Assembly (NCBI GenBank): GCA_035379945.1
Contig: DAOSWG010000006.1
Coordinates: forward strand, 49,450-73,449
From: Bacillota bacterium
GTDB lineage: Bacteria > Bacillota_I > Bacilli_A > Izemoplasmatales > Hujiaoplasmataceae
DNA length: 24,000 nt
Direction: 5' to 3'
A model generated the notes under the pieces. That model searched no databases, had not been told where the DNA came from, and worked only from the letters and a program-made list of their open reading frames with translations. The stretch's first letter is position 1, and every line of letters begins with the position of its first letter. A program made the translations under genes and the position numbers. Below are positions 9,762 through 19,272 of the stretch, one piece after another.

Positions 9762-10768
9762 AGTTGGAAGAGAGATTGGAAGTAAAAAAAGTATTTTCTA
9801 CATATGTCGATGCTTTAGAATCGAACGATGTTGCATTGATGGAAAGCTTGTTTTCCGAAAACGTTATTTTGGAATCCACGAATTATGGCAACGCAAACGG
9901 GAAAAAACAGGTCGCCAACAAAATCAGCTGGTCAGGCGAACCAATCAATTATTCCCGTTATAAGATTTTTAATTTCGTTTGTTTTACGGAAAATGGCCAT
10001 GCATGTCAAAGCGCTGTTGTGACTGGACTTGTTGGAATCAACGACGAGGATTACTTCCATTATTTTAACTTCGGCGGATACTATCTTAATGATTACGTCA
10101 AGGAAAACGGAAAATGGAAAATTTCGCACATCAGATTCAATCTGGATTTTGAAGACGGGAACACGTGTTTTGTCAGAAACTGGTGGAAGCTTATCGACTA
10201 TCGCTATTTCGAAGGAAATATTTCTTATCCGATCGTAAGTGAAATCCACGCTCCGTGGCGGGTGATAGAAAATCCTGAATCCTTGGGAACCGACGAGGAA
10301 CAGGTTTTGGATGCTTATTATCGATACAGTTGGGGAATCGATCATGCTGATTTTGAAATATTCAAATCCTGCATCGACTCGGAATTTTGTTTCGGAAATT
10401 CCATTTTATCGAATGGTAAGAATCAAACGGAAACCAAAGAAGACATGTTGGCCAATCTGATAAAGTTCATGAAATACAAGCGTTTCAAGGAAGCCACTAT
10501 GGAGCACATTTGGAAAATAGTGAGCGTGGACATTCAAAACGGTATTGCAAAAGTCAAATCAATGCGCTACGAACCGAACAGGATGTCAACGACCAAATTT
10601 AACAGATTGAATATGGAAACAGATTTTTACACCGGGAAATTTGAATACGAATTTGTCAAAAGAGAAGGAAATGACTGGAAAACAGGCGGTTGGAAAATGC
10701 GTTTGAACAACCCAAAGGAATTGAAGATATTTTCCGAGACAACCCATGACAAAAACAAATTCTTCTGA
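9758..10768 (+). CDS. Tandem NTF2-like / SnoaL-like (SnoaL_4-type) domain protein of unknown function
   Basis: Two roughly 150-aa halves each open with the SnoaL_4-like pattern (VKKVFSTYVDALESNDVALMESLFSENV... and VLDAYYRYSWGIDHADFEIFKSCIDSEF...). The ATGA start/stop overlap with the EIIA gene indicates translational coupling. The domain call is by eye only. Confidence 0.6.
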   Translation: MKLEERLEVKKVFSTYVDALESNDVALMESLFSENVILESTNYGNANGKKQVANKISWSGEPINYSRYKIFNFVCFTENGHACQSAVVTGLVGINDEDYFHYFNFGGYYLNDYVKENGKWKISHIRFNLDFEDGNTCFVRNWWKLIDYRYFEGNISYPIVSEIHAPWRVIENPESLGTDEEQVLDAYYRYSWGIDHADFEIFKSCIDSEFCFGNSILSNGKNQTETKEDMLANLIKFMKYKRFKEATMEHIWKIVSVDIQNGIAKVKSMRYEPNRMSTTKFNRLNMETDFYTGKFEYEFVKREGNDWKTGGWKMRLNNPKELKIFSETTHDKNKFF

Positions 10769-11300
10769 TTATAGAGAATTGCACACCTGTATTTGCGCCG
10801 TACTGGATAATTACTGCATCCCAACAAAAGCGTTTGAGAGTTCTTTGACAAAAAAGTCTGAATCAAATGCGAAAAAAGCAAAAATAATTTTCTTCGATAT
10901 GACGGATATTGATAGCAAAAAGAAAATCATACTCATATTGATGAAGAACGAATCCGGAAACGTCATTATCGCAGTAATCTCTTTATTTATGAATTCAGTT
11001 GATGAAATATGGATAATGGACAGTATTGATCTATGTTTTACCTGTGCTCCTTGTTTTGAGAACCTAGACATGAAAATTTATACAAATGTTGTAGTTTGGG
11101 GTATGATAATGTGGTATCTGGCAGACTTCGAGCACCTTTTTCCTCTGTGTTTTGAGCCAAAGGATTTCACTTATTTGAAAACCATTCGATATTATGCCAA
11201 TAATTGTCTCTCCGGGAAATTCTTTATGAGCGAAGATGGTATATTCGAATGCTCGGGACTGCGTATAGATTTCAGAGAAATAATTAAACATATAAAATAA
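10746..11300 (+). CDS. Hypothetical Cys-rich protein, 184 aa, no recognisable family
   Basis: A long ORF in very AT-rich DNA, where a chance ORF of this length is unlikely. It overlaps the previous gene by 23 nt and is followed by a terminator. No convincing SD is present, so the start is uncertain. Confidence 0.5.
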   Translation: MTKTNSSDYRELHTCICAVLDNYCIPTKAFESSLTKKSESNAKKAKIIFFDMTDIDSKKKIILILMKNESGNVIIAVISLFMNSVDEIWIMDSIDLCFTCAPCFENLDMKIYTNVVVWGMIMWYLADFEHLFPLCFEPKDFTYLKTIRYYANNCLSGKFFMSEDGIFECSGLRIDFREIIKHIK

Positions 11301-11331
11301 AAAAAAGCCGATCATTGATCGACTTTTTTGA
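11298..11331. terminator. Bidirectional rho-independent terminator between convergent genes
   Basis: A-run, then AGCCGATC-ATT-GATCGACT (8-bp stem, one mismatch), then TTTTTT. It can serve both the + strand ORF and the - strand lipoprotein gene. Confidence 0.7.
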
Positions 11332-11345
11332 TTCATATTGATGTC

Positions 11346-12362
11346 TCAGTTGCTTCCACCGTCAGAAGTTGAATTCTGGTTGGTGTTTTCCTCACCCGAA
11401 GTAGCAGTAGTCGTGGTAGTCGTTTGGGTTGTGCTTCCGTTTTGATAAGCTTTGATTTCATCTTTGTAAGTTCTGATTCTTTCGCGAATCTGAGCACGAT
11501 AGGCCTGCACATCGGATTGATGGGCTTGGATACGGGCCTGGATTTCGCTTTGAACCTGAGCTTTAAGGGCAGCGCCTTCAAGTTGGTAATCGGCACGCAG
11601 TAAGGCGAGTTCATCATGGAATTCAGCTACGAGAGCATCGAGTTGAGCCTGAAGATCGGTAGTGTCTAAGCCGTCGGCTTCAGCAGCAGTAATCTGGGCT
11701 TGAAGATCTTGAATTTGTGGAAGATATTCGTCTCTCAGGTCATCGCGTGCAGCAAAGAATTCATCCTTGAGTTCCTGGGAAAGTCCGTTGACATTGCCGT
11801 TGTTGTCTTTGACAATGGCGATCAAATCCTGGGTGGACATAACGAGTGCATCTTCCTTCAGAAGGGTGTCATCGGCTTCCATGGCACGGTATACAAGTCT
11901 CAGGAAACCGGCGCTGACTCCGAGTTCTTCGGCTTCTGCGATGTAGTCAGCATTCTGGGCGGCTACGGCGCGACCGAACATTCCACGTTCTTGGAAAGCG
12001 GTATTGATTTTTTCTTGCAGCATCGTCTGTGTACCTTCATTGGTGCAGGACACCTGGACAGTGACACCTTCGGTTTCGGGATCAATGTATCCGAGATCGA
12101 TGGCTTCGTCGATGATGTCGTTGACGGCGTCTTCAGCGGAAAGTCCGTTGAGACTTAACTGGGTCAGGAGCATTTCTCCGTCTGAGTTCAAGGCCGTGGC
12201 GGTCTGAACGGTGTTATTCATCAGAACCAGATCCACTGCGGGATTGATCTCGATGGTGGCGTATGACAATTCGTCTGTTGCGGTGGCTTGATCGCATCCT
12301 ACTAGGAATAATCCGGCTATTAGGGCGAAAGCCATTGTAGTGGCTAACATTACTTTTTTCAT
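11346..12362 (-). CDS. Lipoprotein with a Q/A-rich coiled-coil C-terminal half and a Thr/Asn/Ser-rich tail
   Basis: The signal peptide ends in the lipobox LFLVGC. RBS AAAGGAGGA lies 8 nt upstream. The second half has heptad-like DLQAQ / QAxxQ repeats, and the tail is TTQTTTTTTATSGEENTNQNSTSDGGSN. Confidence 0.8.
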   Translation of the reverse strand: MKKVMLATTMAFALIAGLFLVGCDQATATDELSYATIEINPAVDLVLMNNTVQTATALNSDGEMLLTQLSLNGLSAEDAVNDIIDEAIDLGYIDPETEGVTVQVSCTNEGTQTMLQEKINTAFQERGMFGRAVAAQNADYIAEAEELGVSAGFLRLVYRAMEADDTLLKEDALVMSTQDLIAIVKDNNGNVNGLSQELKDEFFAARDDLRDEYLPQIQDLQAQITAAEADGLDTTDLQAQLDALVAEFHDELALLRADYQLEGAALKAQVQSEIQARIQAHQSDVQAYRAQIRERIRTYKDEIKAYQNGSTTQTTTTTTATSGEENTNQNSTSDGGSN

Positions 12363-12442
12363 TGTTTGAATCCTCCTTTTAGGTTTTTACACAAGATATA
12401 CGGAAGGAGAATCCGTTTTATTGGTAATTGCATGCAATATTG

Positions 12443-13372
12443 TTATTTTTTTAAAAAATCGATGATGTCCTTATATACTTTGTCCCTATCGAGTTCGTTC
12501 AGGATCTCATGGCGGTCGTCGGGATAAATATTGAGTTCGACATTTTTGAAGCCTTGTTTCTTCATTAATTCATATAATCTCGTGACGCCCTTGCCAAAAT
12601 CTCCGAGCGGGCAGTTCTGTCCGGAACCGATAAAGATCGGTAGATCATGATTCATTTTGGCGATGTTAACCGGTTTGTTCACATAGTCGGCCCATTTTGC
12701 CATAGCCAGGTTGGCACCTAGTGTAAATGGCTGTCCGCAGATTGGTGAGTTATGATAGTAATCTTGGATGGCTTTGTCTTTCGTAAGCCACTCTTCATCA
12801 ATACCGCTGATGATTCCGCGTTCACGCATTTTCTTCGGATAAGCGTCAATGGCAATTCCGTTGATGAACTTAGAGACATAGCGCGGTCCGTGAAACATGA
12901 TAAGTAATTTTCCGATGACTTTACCCATGATGATAGTAGATTTGGAAACAAATCCCGTTCCGGTCCAGACAGCTTTCTGGAAATAATCCGGATAGTCGAT
13001 GCAAAGCTTTCTCGCCAGGAACGAACCCATGCTGTGACCAAAGACATATTTTGGTAGATCAGGATACTTTTCGGTGATGAGATCCTTGACAAGCAATACG
13101 GATTCAAAAGCCTGACTGTCGCCGTTTTTGTCAGAAAAATGGACGTAGGCAGTGGTGTCGGTGCTGAGACCGTGACCGAGGATGTCACAACCGGCGACTA
13201 CAAATCCGCTTTTGTTCAGATATTCGGAGAAAAGGCCGTATCTGGCAAAATGTTCGCTTGCGCCGTGAATGATCATGACAACGCCAACAGGTTTTTCCTG
13301 AGGTTCGTAAAGGTAAATATGGATGGGATTACCCTGTGAATCCTTGCTGATGATTTTTTTCGTAAAAATCAC
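12443..13372 (-). CDS. Alpha/beta hydrolase, lysophospholipase / monoacylglycerol-lipase-like
   Basis: HG oxyanion motif (MIIHGASEH), nucleophile elbow GHSMGS, and the C-terminal D...H (DDRHEIL). The start codon is uncertain because the only canonical start (GTG 13372) overlaps an AAGGAG sequence. Confidence 0.8.
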   Translation of the reverse strand: MIFTKKIISKDSQGNPIHIYLYEPQEKPVGVVMIIHGASEHFARYGLFSEYLNKSGFVVAGCDILGHGLSTDTTAYVHFSDKNGDSQAFESVLLVKDLITEKYPDLPKYVFGHSMGSFLARKLCIDYPDYFQKAVWTGTGFVSKSTIIMGKVIGKLLIMFHGPRYVSKFINGIAIDAYPKKMRERGIISGIDEEWLTKDKAIQDYYHNSPICGQPFTLGANLAMAKWADYVNKPVNIAKMNHDLPIFIGSGQNCPLGDFGKGVTRLYELMKKQGFKNVELNIYPDDRHEILNELDRDKVYKDIIDFLKK

Positions 13373-13447
13373 TCCTTAAAATAATATAATTTTTCTTTAC
13401 AATATAAAGACATTATAACATTTGCGGTTTAATTATGACATACGATT

Positions 13448-13456
13448 TGTTATAAT
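13448..13456 (+). promoter_or_regulatory. Extended -10 promoter element upstream of glpK
   Basis: TGTTATAAT (TGn + TATAAT) lies 21 nt upstream of the glpK ATG. The -35 is weak. Confidence 0.45.
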
Positions 13457-13462
13457 GATTAG

Positions 13463-14965
<1,503 letters not shown>

Positions 14966-14979
14966 GCGGGATAGATAAA

Positions 14980-15867
14980 ATGAAGAGCAAACTTGACGTG
15001 TTCAACCAAACAAAGAAGAAAAGCGAAACCCTGACACTTATCGGCATAATGCTGGTGGTTTTGGCATTTATAATTTACATGGCAATATACAGTGCGACAG
15101 CATCCGAAGATATGGCAGCGATTGCTTTCATCGTCGGGCTAGCAGGATTCATTGTCGGGGCTGTCGGTCTGACTCAATTTAATATGCTCAAAAGGCGATT
15201 TAAGAAAGAAGTATTGAAAGCATATTTTTCGGAGGCCTTGCCAGGCACCGAATATTACCCGGAGCGCGGTTTGTCGCAAATGGAAGTCTATGCGACAGAG
15301 TTCTTGAAACGGGCTGATCGATTTTATACCGAGGATTTGTTAACAGGCAACATCGATGATGTCGGATTTATCTCAAGTGACGTGCGTTTGGAAGAAAGGC
15401 ATGTCCAGCACACTCAAAACGGTACAAGAGTATATTACGTGCCGTATTTCGTCGGAAGAGTATTCCGTTTTACTTTCAACAAGCCGTTTGATGGCTATCT
15501 TCAAGTTTTGGAAGCCGGATCGCCGCTTTCAAACCGGCCTTTTAAGAAAGTAAAACTGGAATCAATCGATTTCAACAAGCAATTCAAGACATACGCAACC
15601 GAAGAGATTTCCGCTTTTTATGTTCTGACTCCCGATATAATGGAAGCCATCATGGAACTGGAAAAACGCAATCCTGGCAGAATCGGCTTTTCATTCTCGG
15701 AAAAAGATCTTTACATAGCCATCAACAACAATCGCGATACGTTTGAAATAAAAATGTTCCGTAAAATTGACCAGGCAATGATGGATTCTTTCAAACAGGA
15801 CATTCTTGCTGTACGCGATTTTATTAATTTGTTGAAATTGAATAAAAAGATTTTTAAAGAAATATGA
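14980..15867 (+). CDS. DUF3137-family membrane protein
   Basis: Two N-terminal TM helices precede a soluble domain with DUF3137-like blocks (FVGRVFRF.FNK.F, VKLESIDFNKQFKTYA, FYVLTPDIMEAIMELE). It lies next to lemA, the usual partner. I chose the start at ATG 14980, because the ORF-track start at 14926 would overlap glpK. Confidence 0.65.
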   Translation: MKSKLDVFNQTKKKSETLTLIGIMLVVLAFIIYMAIYSATASEDMAAIAFIVGLAGFIVGAVGLTQFNMLKRRFKKEVLKAYFSEALPGTEYYPERGLSQMEVYATEFLKRADRFYTEDLLTGNIDDVGFISSDVRLEERHVQHTQNGTRVYYVPYFVGRVFRFTFNKPFDGYLQVLEAGSPLSNRPFKKVKLESIDFNKQFKTYATEEISAFYVLTPDIMEAIMELEKRNPGRIGFSFSEKDLYIAINNNRDTFEIKMFRKIDQAMMDSFKQDILAVRDFINLLKLNKKIFKEI

Positions 15868-15916
15868 TATAATATGTTTCGACATAAATATTAAAGAAGA
15901 ATAAGGAGGAAACAAA

Positions 15917-16504
15917 ATGTATACACCGGTCACCCTTTCCCTTCAAGGCTGGCAAGTAGCCCTGATCGTCTTAGTAGCCGTCGTTCTCATCATTGTATTC
16001 TGGTATATCGGCGTCATGAACAAACTTCGTCAGTTGGAACTGAAAGTCAACGAGGGCGAATCCGGCATCGATGTCGCCCTTACCAAACGGTTTGACATGC
16101 TCACAAAAATGTTGGAAACCACAAAAGGTTATGCCAAACATGAGGCTGAAACGCTTGAAAAGGTTGTCAAATGGCGTTCAGGCATCCCTGAAAGCGCAAC
16201 TCTCAAGGATAAAGAAGAATTTTTGGGACAACTAAATAAAGTCGCATCCGGAATTGACGTAGTCGTGGAAAAATATCCGGATCTCAAAGCAAACACTGTT
16301 TTCCTTGAACTCCAGTCCGCCGTGGCGAACACCGAAGAGCATCTGCAAGCCGCCAGAAGACTTTACAATGCCAATGTCACCAGCATCAATCACATCATCG
16401 TGACATTCCCGCAAAGTATCGTGGCCAAAGCTATCAACATGGACAAAAAGCCTTATTTCGAAGCGGAAGAAAAGAAAAGACAGGACGTCGAATTCAAGTT
16501 TTAA
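15917..16504 (+). CDS. lemA: LemA family protein
   Basis: A single N-terminal TM is followed by LemA blocks (YNKLRQLELKVNEGESGIDVALTKRFD, KYPDLKAN..F.ELQ, ARRLYNANV...N). RBS AAGGAGGA is present. Confidence 0.85.
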   Translation: MYTPVTLSLQGWQVALIVLVAVVLIIVFWYIGVMNKLRQLELKVNEGESGIDVALTKRFDMLTKMLETTKGYAKHEAETLEKVVKWRSGIPESATLKDKEEFLGQLNKVASGIDVVVEKYPDLKANTVFLELQSAVANTEEHLQAARRLYNANVTSINHIIVTFPQSIVAKAINMDKKPYFEAEEKKRQDVEFKF

Positions 16505-16546
16505 TAAATACAGATTTCATGGTAAATTAATAAAGAAAAATACAAA

Positions 16547-16572
16547 AGCGGCTGTATAGAAGCCGCTTTTTT
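16547..16572 (+). terminator. Rho-independent terminator after lemA
   Basis: AGCGGCT-GTATAGA-AGCCGCT followed by TTTTT, and flanked by an upstream A-run. Confidence 0.8.
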
Positions 16573-16686
16573 GTATTTGTAAAAAATACATCGCTTTTTT
16601 GTCATATTACAAAAGCCAAAGCGGAAAATGCAAGTTGTCGTTTTTCGGGTCTTTCGTTTATTATGAATGAAAAAGGAGGAATGTAT

Positions 16687-17016
16687 ATGCTAAACCAGGT
16701 GATACTTGTCGGAAGACTCACAAAGGATCCGGAGTTAAGAAAACTAGAGGACAATCGCAGCGTAACGACGATATCGATTGCCGTTCAAAGGCCGTTCAAA
16801 AGCGGGGAAACAAACGAATACGAGACAGATTTCTTCAATTGCACGCTTTGGAGCGGGATCGCGGAAGCCACTGTGGATTATTGTAAGAAAGGGTCAATCG
16901 TCGGAGTCAAAGCCCGCTTACAACAGCGTGATTACTTGCAGGATGGGAAAAAAATGTTCTCGTATCCGGAAATCATTGTCGAGAAAATATCGTTCATAAG
17001 TTCTCAGAAAGACTAA
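16687..17016 (+). CDS. ssb: Single-stranded DNA-binding protein paralog, OB fold only
   Basis: MLNQVILVGRLTKDPELR..., then FFNCTLWSGIAE and GSIVGVKARLQQR, match the SSB OB fold. The protein ends about 110 aa in, with no Gly/Pro-rich linker and no acidic D-D-D-x-P-F tip. AAAGGAGG lies 8 nt before ATG 16687; the ATGs at 16663 and 16681 are less well placed. Confidence 0.85.
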   Translation: MLNQVILVGRLTKDPELRKLEDNRSVTTISIAVQRPFKSGETNEYETDFFNCTLWSGIAEATVDYCKKGSIVGVKARLQQRDYLQDGKKMFSYPEIIVEKISFISSQKD

Positions 17017-17044
17017 GATGCAAAATGCATCTTTTTCTTTTTTT
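17016..17044 (+). terminator. Rho-independent terminator after ssb
   Basis: AGATGCA-AAA-TGCATCT followed by TTTTCTTTTTTT. Confidence 0.75.
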
Positions 17045-17057
17045 ACCCACAAAACAA

Positions 17058-17066
17058 TGGTATAAT
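17058..17066 (+). promoter_or_regulatory. Extended -10 promoter element upstream of thyA
   Basis: TGGTATAAT (TGn + TATAAT) lies 20 nt upstream of the thyA ATG. Confidence 0.5.
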
Positions 17067-17086
17067 TGCAAATATGGGTGATGGGC

Positions 17087-17965
17087 ATGGAACAGTACCT
17101 GAAGTTTCTTGAAAAGATCCTTTCCGAAGGTATACATAAAAATGATCGCACAGGTGTCGGAACGACATCCTTTTTCGGTTATCAGATGCGTTTTGACTTA
17201 TCGGAAGGGTTCCCGCTTCTCACCACGAAGAAGATTCATGTGAAATCTATCATTCATGAACTGCTATGGTTTGTATCCGGCGATACAAATATCCGTTATT
17301 TGGTCCAAAACGGAGTCAGGATTTGGAACGAGTGGCCATACGAGGCCTTTCGGAAATCACCCGATTATCGGGACGAAACCATGGAGGAATTTATCGGAAA
17401 AATCGCCGATGATCCTGTTTTTGCATTAAAACACGGAGATCTCGGCCCTATATACGGAAAGCAGTGGCGAAATTTTGAAGGCAAGGATAAAACGGTTGAC
17501 CAATTGTTGGAAGCGGTGAAATCGTTGAAGGACAATCAGGGAAGCCGGCGGATCATAATTTCTGCCTGGAATCCTGCGGAGATAGAGAAAATGGCTCTTC
17601 CTCCCTGCCATACGCTCTTTCAGTTCAATGTTACCGGCAATAAACTTGACTGCCAGTTGTACCAAAGAAGCGCTGACGCGTTTCTCGGCGTTCCATTCAA
17701 TATCGCATCATATGCTCTTCTGACGATCATGATGGCACATGTGACCGGATACGAACCGGGCACATTTGTCCATTCGTTGGGGGATTGCCATATCTATGAC
17801 AACCATCGTGAGCAAGTCGACGTGCTTTTATCAAGAAAGCCGCGGAAATTACCGGAAATGCGAATCAAAAGAAAAGTCGAATCGATCGATGGCTTTTGCT
17901 ACGATGATTTTGAACTGTCAGGATATGACCCCTATCCGGCGGTCAAGGGAAAGGTGGCGGTCTAA
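17087..17965 (+). CDS. thyA: Thymidylate synthase (ThyA type, long form with an insertion)
   Basis: [25 protein letters not shown], the catalytic Cys in [10 protein letters not shown], and [17 protein letters not shown] chose the start at ATG 17087. Confidence 0.92.
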   Translation: MEQYLKFLEKILSEGIHKNDRTGVGTTSFFGYQMRFDLSEGFPLLTTKKIHVKSIIHELLWFVSGDTNIRYLVQNGVRIWNEWPYEAFRKSPDYRDETMEEFIGKIADDPVFALKHGDLGPIYGKQWRNFEGKDKTVDQLLEAVKSLKDNQGSRRIIISAWNPAEIEKMALPPCHTLFQFNVTGNKLDCQLYQRSADAFLGVPFNIASYALLTIMMAHVTGYEPGTFVHSLGDCHIYDNHREQVDVLLSRKPRKLPEMRIKRKVESIDGFCYDDFELSGYDPYPAVKGKVAV

Positions 17966-18442
17966 ATGATCAGTATGATCTTTGCGATCGATAAGAACCG
18001 GTTGATCGGCTCCAATAACAATCTCCCCTGGCATTACCCGGAGGATTTGGCTTATTTCAAGAAGACTACTCTTGGGCATACCGTGCTAATGGGACAAAAC
18101 ACCTTTCTTTCAATCCTGTCCAGCCTTGGGAAACCATTACCCGGAAGGAAATCGGTTGTTGTATCAAAAACACCGTTCAGCTATCCCGACATCGTAATTC
18201 TAGATGATTTGGTCACGTATCTCAAAGGAGAACACGATGAAGAGATATTCGTAATCGGCGGGAAGTCGGTTTTTGAACAATCGTTGCCATATGCACAGAA
18301 ACTATATATCACCCATATAAATAAAGAATACGAAGGAAACGTCTACTTCGAAGGATTGGATCTATCCTTGTTCGATCTGATCCAGTCTAACAAGTCGGGC
18401 GACCTCGTTTTCGCCATATACGAGAGGAAGCAAGAAAAATGA
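17966..18442 (+). CDS. folA: Dihydrofolate reductase
   Basis: 158 aa. IGSNNNLPWHYPEDLAYFKKTT and VIGG are DHFR motifs. The start codon directly abuts the thyA stop. Confidence 0.9.
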   Translation: MISMIFAIDKNRLIGSNNNLPWHYPEDLAYFKKTTLGHTVLMGQNTFLSILSSLGKPLPGRKSVVVSKTPFSYPDIVILDDLVTYLKGEHDEEIFVIGGKSVFEQSLPYAQKLYITHINKEYEGNVYFEGLDLSLFDLIQSNKSGDLVFAIYERKQEK

Positions 18443-19272
18443 TAGTGTTTCTGATTCAGATCGTTCTGGCGGCCATCGGGACCGCATTTTATGGATTATA
18501 CGGAAATTATCCGCACAATGGCTGGGCGGTATTGATCATGCTCGCCTGTTTTCTCATCATTCTGTTCATTTTGACGGTTTTCACAATTTTATGGATCATC
18601 GCGTCCATTTACATTCTCAAGGGAACCGACAAGAAAAGCATTGCCAAACATCGTTATTACGCTTTTTTCATTCCATATGTGTTTGGCGTCCTTTTGCGAG
18701 TGAGGATCGTCATCACCGGCAAGGAAAATCTTCCGAAACCGGAAGATGGCAATTTCATAGTCGTATCTAACCATATGGAATATTCGGATCCTGTATATAT
18801 AAAATTCGCATACTCGAAGTATAATCTGGCGTTTGTGGCCAAGAAGGAATTGTTCCGGATTCCCCTTATCAAAACCTTGATGGAAGGAACCGGATGCATT
18901 TCTTTAGACCGGGAATCGACCAAACAAGGTTTGCAGGCTATTCTCGATACGATCAAGGCCGTCAAGGACGGACAACCGATGGCCATATTCCCCGAAGGGA
19001 CCAGAAGCTACGAAAACAAAATGGGAGAATTCCGCCATGGAGCCTTCAAAATTGCCTTGAAGGCAAACGCGGGAATTTCCCCCGTCTGTTTATATGACAT
19101 GCACGGAATAATCAAAATATGGCGTTTTGGCATCCATACTTGCCGGCTGCATATTTTGCCTTTTGTTCCGTATGAAGAGATCAAGGATAAGTCGACAGCC
19201 GAAGTCAGCGACAGGATATATGCCCTGATCGATGAAAGGCTGGAAATCTACAACAATGCCGGAAAATCCTGA
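18439..19272 (+). CDS. plsC: 1-acyl-sn-glycerol-3-phosphate acyltransferase
   Basis: HX4D motif NHMEYSD, the FPEGTRS motif, and N-terminal TM helices. The ATGA overlaps the folA stop. Confidence 0.85.
   Translation: MIVFLIQIVLAAIGTAFYGLYGNYPHNGWAVLIMLACFLIILFILTVFTILWIIASIYILKGTDKKSIAKHRYYAFFIPYVFGVLLRVRIVITGKENLPKPEDGNFIVVSNHMEYSDPVYIKFAYSKYNLAFVAKKELFRIPLIKTLMEGTGCISLDRESTKQGLQAILDTIKAVKDGQPMAIFPEGTRSYENKMGEFRHGAFKIALKANAGISPVCLYDMHGIIKIWRFGIHTCRLHILPFVPYEEIKDKSTAEVSDRIYALIDERLEIYNNAGKS

Noticed and set aside
11333-12207. ORFs 11333-11617 (-), 11700-12158 (+) and 12004-12207 (+) overlapping the lipoprotein gene
   Set aside because: These are alternative-frame or antisense shadows of a gene with a strong SD, a lipobox signal peptide and coherent domain structure. 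The locally higher GC reduces stop codons in the off-frames.
12400-12416. Hairpin ACGGA-AGGAGAA-TCCGT followed by TTTTATT on the + strand
   Set aside because: It is oriented as a + strand terminator, but both flanking genes are on the minus strand, where no U-run would follow the hairpin. The stem is only 5 bp. It is probably incidental, so the hydrolase and lipoprotein genes may be co-transcribed.
12427-12438. Perfect 12-nt palindrome ATTGCATGCAAT between the hydrolase stop and the lipoprotein upstream region
   Set aside because: It could be an operator, but it is a single short AT-rich palindrome with no second copy in the window, and I could not identify an adjacent promoter. The evidence is insufficient.
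12718-13188. 156-aa minus-strand ORF in another frame inside the hydrolase gene, and the + strand ORF at 13139-13339
   Set aside because: They overlap a gene with clear alpha/beta-hydrolase motifs and show no independent signals.
16538-16625. Repeated TACAAAAGC / GCTTTTTTGT motifs and a possible second imperfect hairpin (16585-16614) downstream of the lemA terminator
   Set aside because: The first copy is simply the A/T flanks of the lemA terminator. The second hairpin needs a 2-nt bulge and has no U-run. No known riboswitch or sRNA pattern is recognisable.
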